Assembly: GCA_963663865.1 (NCBI GenBank)
Contig: OY760686.1
Span: 2,176,001-2,240,000 of the forward strand
DNA from: Spirochaetota bacterium
GTDB taxonomy: Bacteria; Spirochaetota; UBA4802; UBA5550
Direction: 5' to 3'
Length of the DNA stretch: 64,000 bases
How positions within the stretch are numbered: the stretch's first letter is position 1; every line of letters starts with the position of its first letter. Made by a program: the position numbers and the translations under genes. Positions 59,856 to 64,000 of this stretch are shown in pieces. The notes below the pieces were generated by a model. It made no database searches, had not been told where the DNA came from, and worked only from the letters and a program-made list of their open reading frames with translations.

Positions 59856-60562
59856 TGATACCTCACTGGCGGGTAGAAGTCACGGTATAAAAGCGAACGG
59901 TCAATCAGCTTTTCTCCCCTGTAGCGGTTGCGGAAAACCAGAACTGTGATGCCGTTGCGAATATTCTCATCATCGCCGAAGGGTATCTGCATGTGCTCTT
60001 CTTCAGTTTCAACACGGTATGTAAACTTAAACGGGCCGGGGGACACAATCATTGCTGTAAGTGTATTGCCGGTAAGATTCATGTGAATAGTTATATCGTG
60101 ATCAGATATGTTTTTAATTTTGAGATCCTTCTTGCCGTAAAGGATCGTGGCGTCAAGGCCAAGGGGCACATAGCTGACCGGCTGATAGTGGCGGTGTCTT
60201 TCGACGATCGACAGCCCGGAGTTTATTAACGCGTTAAACAGCGTTGACGAGACCTGGCATACACCGCCTCCGGGCTCCATACGAAGCGTATCGGCGTAAA
60301 GTACAGCCCCGTCCACAAAGCCGTTTTCCGCTGAAGCCTCGCCCGCCACCGCGTTGAACGAGAATACTGAGCCGGAACGTACGACTGTTCCGTCGACCTT
60401 TGAAGCAGCCAGCTGAATGTTGCGCTTTACTCCCGGGGCCTGTCCATTAACCGACGTTGCGAAGGAGGCTATGATGACCATGCCGTCCTCTTGACCGGGA
60501 ACCGGATATGAATACAGGGCGGCCGAGGAGAACACTACGATAATAAAAATAATACGTGTCAT
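59852..60562 (-). CDS. VanW-domain exported protein
   Basis: RNIQLAA, FSFNAVAG, GGGVCQVSSTLFNA, ERHRH, YVPLGLDAT and DLKIKN motifs; signal peptide from MTRII. Confidence 0.9.
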   Translation of the reverse strand: MTRIIFIIVVFSSAALYSYPVPGQEDGMVIIASFATSVNGQAPGVKRNIQLAASKVDGTVVRSGSVFSFNAVAGEASAENGFVDGAVLYADTLRMEPGGGVCQVSSTLFNALINSGLSIVERHRHYQPVSYVPLGLDATILYGKKDLKIKNISDHDITIHMNLTGNTLTAMIVSPGPFKFTYRVETEEEHMQIPFGDDENIRNGITVLVFRNRYRGEKLIDRSLLYRDFYPPVRYQ

Positions 60563-60689
60563 GTGCTTGATTTTCTCACGAAGAAGCGCACTGTCAACTC
60601 TATTTTGGCTGGTTCTGATTGAGGAAGAGCCGCCCAAACGCCCACCGGGTAGTGAAGCGCATAAGCTATAACAGCGGCTGTTGCGTTTT

Positions 60690-61091
60690 TTATTCTTTTA
60701 CCCAGTTCTCAAGCTTCAGACCTTCTACTCTTTCAAATTCTTTTATATTGTTCGTAACAAGAATTAATTTTTTTGACTTTGCCTGTCCCGCAATCAATAG
60801 ATCCTTTGGTCCAATTAGCTTGCCTTTTGTTTCTAAATCTGTTTTAATTATTCCGAATTCGACAGCATCAGTATCATCAAACGGCAAAATAATAAAGATT
60901 GATAAAAACTCAATCAAAGCTATTTTGTTCTTTTCTGGAAATTTACTATTCGCAACTCCATATTCCAGTTCAGCAATTGTTATTGATGAAACATAAATGT
61001 CTTTCTTTGATTTTGTTTTTAATGTCTTTAATACATCAACCGGCTTCTTCTTAATGATATTAATACAGATATTCGTATCCAGCAAATACAT
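60690..61091 (-). CDS. vapC: VapC PIN-domain toxin
   Basis: YLLDTNI, ITIAELEYG, IGPKDLLIA and LVTNNIKEF motifs. Confidence 0.95.
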   Translation of the reverse strand: MYLLDTNICINIIKKKPVDVLKTLKTKSKKDIYVSSITIAELEYGVANSKFPEKNKIALIEFLSIFIILPFDDTDAVEFGIIKTDLETKGKLIGPKDLLIAGQAKSKKLILVTNNIKEFERVEGLKLENWVKE

Positions 61092-61303
61092 CAGAAATTT
61101 TCTCTTTTTTGATTTTCACCTTAATCACGGCTTTCTTTCATGAAATCATCAGTAAAATTATTCAGCCCATGAAGAAATACTTACCAGGATTTATTATGAG
61201 GAAGTAGAATCACGGCATCTCCAACTTTTTGGATAAGCACATCGTTGCCGGAAAATTGAAATTCTTTAGGTAAGCGTACTGCCTGCCCTCGGTTTTTAAT
61301 CAT
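61091..61303 (-). pseudogene. vapB: VapB (AbrB/MazE-type) antitoxin pseudogene
   Basis: QAVRLPKEFQF...W*VFLHGLNNFTDDFMKESRD*GENQKRENF: in-frame TAA at 61181-61183 and 61121-61123, N-terminus shortened, TGATG overlap with vapC. Confidence 0.9.
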
Positions 61304-61636
61304 TTAATTCCTTATTAATCTTCTTAAAATTATATCTTCGAAATTTCTTCTAGAGTCAATCATTGAAAGAATATATACTTTATGTTCTTCGATTCTATAG
61401 ATTATTCGCCACGGAGTTATAATCAACTCCCGATAGTTGCTAATATTATGAAAATCAAGTTCAGGAATAATCCTTCCTCGTTCAGGATAATTTTCTAATT
61501 TAACCGTTTGCTTTTTAATTTTTTCAAATATTTTTTCAGCTATATTCAGGCTGTCGAATGAAATATATTCAATTATTTCAATAAGATCATCTTGTGCCAA
61601 CCTGGTCCAGAATACAGTATATTTTTTTGATGTCAT
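61304..61636 (-). CDS. RelE/ParE-family toxin
   Basis: WTRLAQDDL...YPERGRIIPEL...YREL...WRIIYR pattern. Confidence 0.9.
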   Translation of the reverse strand: MTSKKYTVFWTRLAQDDLIEIIEYISFDSLNIAEKIFEKIKKQTVKLENYPERGRIIPELDFHNISNYRELIITPWRIIYRIEEHKVYILSMIDSRRNFEDIILRRLIRN

Positions 61637-61640
61637 AAAC

Positions 61641-61919
61641 TTATCTTTTTTTTAGAATTTTATCTTCAACAGAAGAAAAAAATGTGCTCTGCTCAATAAA
61701 TTTTCCATTTTTAACATCTTTTTCTCCCATCGAAATTAATTTAAAAATTCTTATCGCATTTTGCATCGAATCATAGCTCTCGGTATCCATTAATACAGCC
61801 TTTGCTTCACCATTTTGAGTAATTATTATTGGTCGATGGGTTTCGTTTACTTGATCCAGCATGTTTGCAGCATTTGCTTTTACAAAAGAAATTGGGCGTA
61901 TATCTTGTTTAGTATTCAT
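61641..61919 (-). CDS. Phd/YefM-family antitoxin
   Basis: DIRPISFVK...PIIITQNGEAKAVL pattern; directly upstream of the toxin. Confidence 0.92.
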   Translation of the reverse strand: MNTKQDIRPISFVKANAANMLDQVNETHRPIIITQNGEAKAVLMDTESYDSMQNAIRIFKLISMGEKDVKNGKFIEQSTFFSSVEDKILKKR

Positions 61920-61955
61920 TATTTTATCCTTTAATGCATTTCATTTGATCTAAAT

Positions 61956-61983
61956 ATAGTACCAAATTAAGTTTACAGGTCAA
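61956..61983 (-). promoter_or_regulatory. Putative promoter of the phd-relE/parE module
   Basis: TTGACC-16 nt-TACTAT with an extended -10 TG. Confidence 0.55.
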
Positions 61984-62099
61984 GAATAATTTTCTAATAC
62001 GGTTGGAGCAACTTTCTTACTACATTTCGTTTAAATCATTGCGAATATCTCATATTTACCTCCTAATGGAGGCGACAACTTTCCTGATTATGAGGATAT

Positions 62100-62140
62100 G
62101 CCACGTTTTCACCGTAGCGCAGCAAAGGTGAAAACATGGC
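62100..62140. repeat. 14-bp inverted repeat (hairpin), possible attC/REP-like remnant
   Basis: GCCACGTTTTCACC-13 nt-GGTGAAAACATGGC with one mismatch, 4 nt beyond the stop of the upstream minus-strand gene. Confidence 0.6.
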
Positions 62141-62144
62141 TAAG

Positions 62145-63506
62145 TCATTTCTTTCCCTCATATTTTGACCAAAAGCTGTATTTGCGGCCATGGGCCTGCA
62201 TAATTTGATCTTTAAAGGCAATATTATTACTATGATTTTCCCAATCATCAACATATATGGACATTTTGTCCAACTTCTTTAGATACCGGACTCCATGGGG
62301 ATAGGCTTTGGTATAACCACGCTCCAGAATAGATACCAGCAAACTCCGGTAAATAAGGCTGGACGCAAGATGTCGCTTTTCTGATTCCATAATTTCTGCC
62401 AATGGAATAAGGCTTCCATAAAAATTACCGTCGAATTGCTCAGCTCGCTTTATGAGATATTCTTCGGCTTCATTGATCTTTCCTGTTTCGATCAGAAACC
62501 CTGCATCCGATAAACAAAGGCTTTCGTTTTTTAAAATTTGTGCCACCTCAACAGCAATGACTTCATCCCTTTTATCATGTCCAATCACATCCAGAAGAGC
62601 CTGCAGGGTGTAGGTTGAGTGGTAAGATTTGAATTTATGAAAAAGAAGTTCTGTCAGCTTTTCTGTGTCGCCCTGTTTTTCATAAATTTCCTGAAGAAGC
62701 TTGTCCCTTTCATATGCCTGAAATGTTTCTCCCTTCGGGATTTTTTTGAGCCATAAGTATGCTGTTTCAACATCTTCGTTTTCCAGATATACCTGGGCTA
62801 TATCAATGAAAGCCGCAGTGGAAAGCTTTCCCCATGAAGCAATTCGAGTTTTTTCAAACAGTCTGGCATCACCAATCTGTCTGGCCAGAGATTCAATAAG
62901 CATCAGATGATGTCTCTTATTATAATCCGCGCTCTCTTTGTCAGCCCGTAACTGCAGTACTGTAATCATTCTCCTGACAGCATCTTCGGGCAGACATTCT
63001 CCGGCGCAGGCAATCAAAGTATCCCGGATACCGTAATCATCCTTTTGATTTACTTTAAGGATAATTTCGGCGACTTTTTCCTTATCAGCACAACGAGAAG
63101 CATAGTCAACAAACAGCTCCCTGGCATCATAGCGGAAGACATCACCAATATTTCCATTGGAATCATCGCACATTTCAAAGATAACATTGTCAGCCTCGTA
63201 AAAAGAAGCTACCATTTCCATGCCGGTTAAGGGGTCATCCATACCTGCCTTCAAATCCTTCAGAAGCATTTCCAGTTCCCGGGCAAATCCATCTGCACCA
63301 TGCCAATCGATAAAGCGTCTGGAACGCTTAAGGCCGGAGAGTTTCTTTCAGAACCGCTGAACATTTTCCTTCGGCGGTGCAATCAGTCGTTCTATCAAAT
63401 CATCAGCTTCATCAGAACTTAACGAAAGGTCCAGAAGCGCGTCCGCAAGAACTTCCGGACCTTGATCAATCAATTTCTCCCTGCGGTCATTCCCTGAGTT
63501 TTCCAT
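62145..63506 (-). pseudogene. Helical-repeat hypothetical protein (DUF6880-like) interrupted by a nonsense codon
   Basis: Frame continues upstream of the 374-aa ORF to ATG 63506 with a single in-frame TGA at 63348-63350; CDDSNGNIGD and HGRKYSFW motifs. Confidence 0.78.
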
Positions 63507-63514
63507 AAACAGCA

Positions 63515-64000
63515 TTATTCTTCTTTTACATAATCATAAAATTCATAAACAAGATTCCCGATTTCATCATGAAATCCCCAGCCTATTCCTTCCGTTTCAT
63601 CTATAAAACCGAAACACCGGTCTTTGTATTTCTCCAGCATATCGTTTTTACTTATATGTACAAGGAACCGTTCCAATGCTTTTTCAATATTTTCGTAAAA
63701 ACGTTCACCAATATCGCCGTATTCATTGGTGAAATCTATCCCGCATTTGACATGCGTAAATAGAAGTTCCGCCAAATAACCGGGATCGTTTGAGATTTTT
63801 ATAAACTTTGAAAGAACGTCTCTGATATTGGCATATCTTAGTTTTCCAAATCCTTTTTCAGGAAAAAACTCATCAATGATCTGCTTTCTGTATTTCCGGA
63901 AAACTTCTTCAGGATTTGAAAAACTATTTTTTTCATCAAGAATCTCTTTTGCAAGAGGCACTTTTCTGTATAAATCAATGATTATTTCCATCAATTCATT
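63515..64000 (-). CDS. Hypothetical protein (DUF6155-like), 5' end outside the window
   Basis: EFFP...GKL, FTNEYGDI...FYE and GIGWGFHD motifs; frame stays open to the window edge. Confidence 0.7.
   Translation of the reverse strand, partial: NELMEIIIDLYRKVPLAKEILDEKNSFSNPEEVFRKYRKQIIDEFFPEKGFGKLRYANIRDVLSKFIKISNDPGYLAELLFTHVKCGIDFTNEYGDIGERFYENIEKALERFLVHISKNDMLEKYKDRCFGFIDETEGIGWGFHDEIGNLVYEFYDYVKEE

Larger units (their letters stand above)
60680..64000. mobile_element. AT-rich accessory island with TA modules and pseudogenes
   Basis: Visible drop in GC after about 60680, co-oriented genes, two TA pairs and three nonsense codons. No integrase or transposase in the window. Confidence 0.55.

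Noticed and set aside
63348-63350. TGA as selenocysteine or recoded Trp
   Set aside because: There is no redox-motif context or evident SECIS, TGA is a normal stop elsewhere in the window, and the neighbouring vapB is also decayed.

Overview
Mostly core-genome chromosome of a bacterium that is probably a free-living spirochaete (inferred from a Loa22-like OmpA lipoprotein and many lipoprotein/TPR genes). Left end (1-14.4 kb): a minus-strand chemosensory operon (mcp-cheA-STAS-cheY-cheW-cheD-cheR-cheD-cheB) coupled to a PflX-type radical SAM gene that the ORF track missed. Its CheA carries an internal tandem MshEN-type c-di-GMP-binding motif. A second MCP, an aldehyde dehydrogenase and a hybrid kinase follow. 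Middle (14.6-53 kb): four tRNAs (Gly-GCC, Leu-TAG, Leu-TAA, Cys-GCA) and housekeeping or envelope genes (RluA-family, alr, hemW, GH3/NagZ, RsbW-like, LOG, thiolase, dCMP deaminase, TPR/lipoprotein cluster, PilZ, amidase, TIGR01212 radical SAM next to mnmA, GGDEF, dprA-topA-xerC, TraB, OmpA, CapA, csoR-copA, pepN). At 53.9-60.6 kb is the best candidate for an undescribed system: a tightly coupled operon encoding an exported VanW-domain protein, an exported AMMECR1-domain protein and a thioester (CVEQ) alpha-2-macroglobulin lipoprotein, with no adjacent pbpC. From about 60.7 kb to the end is an AT-rich, decaying accessory island with two toxin-antitoxin modules (vapB broken, vapC intact), a nonsense-interrupted gene and possible cassette/attC remnants. 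All calls come from motif recognition by eye; no database searches were run.
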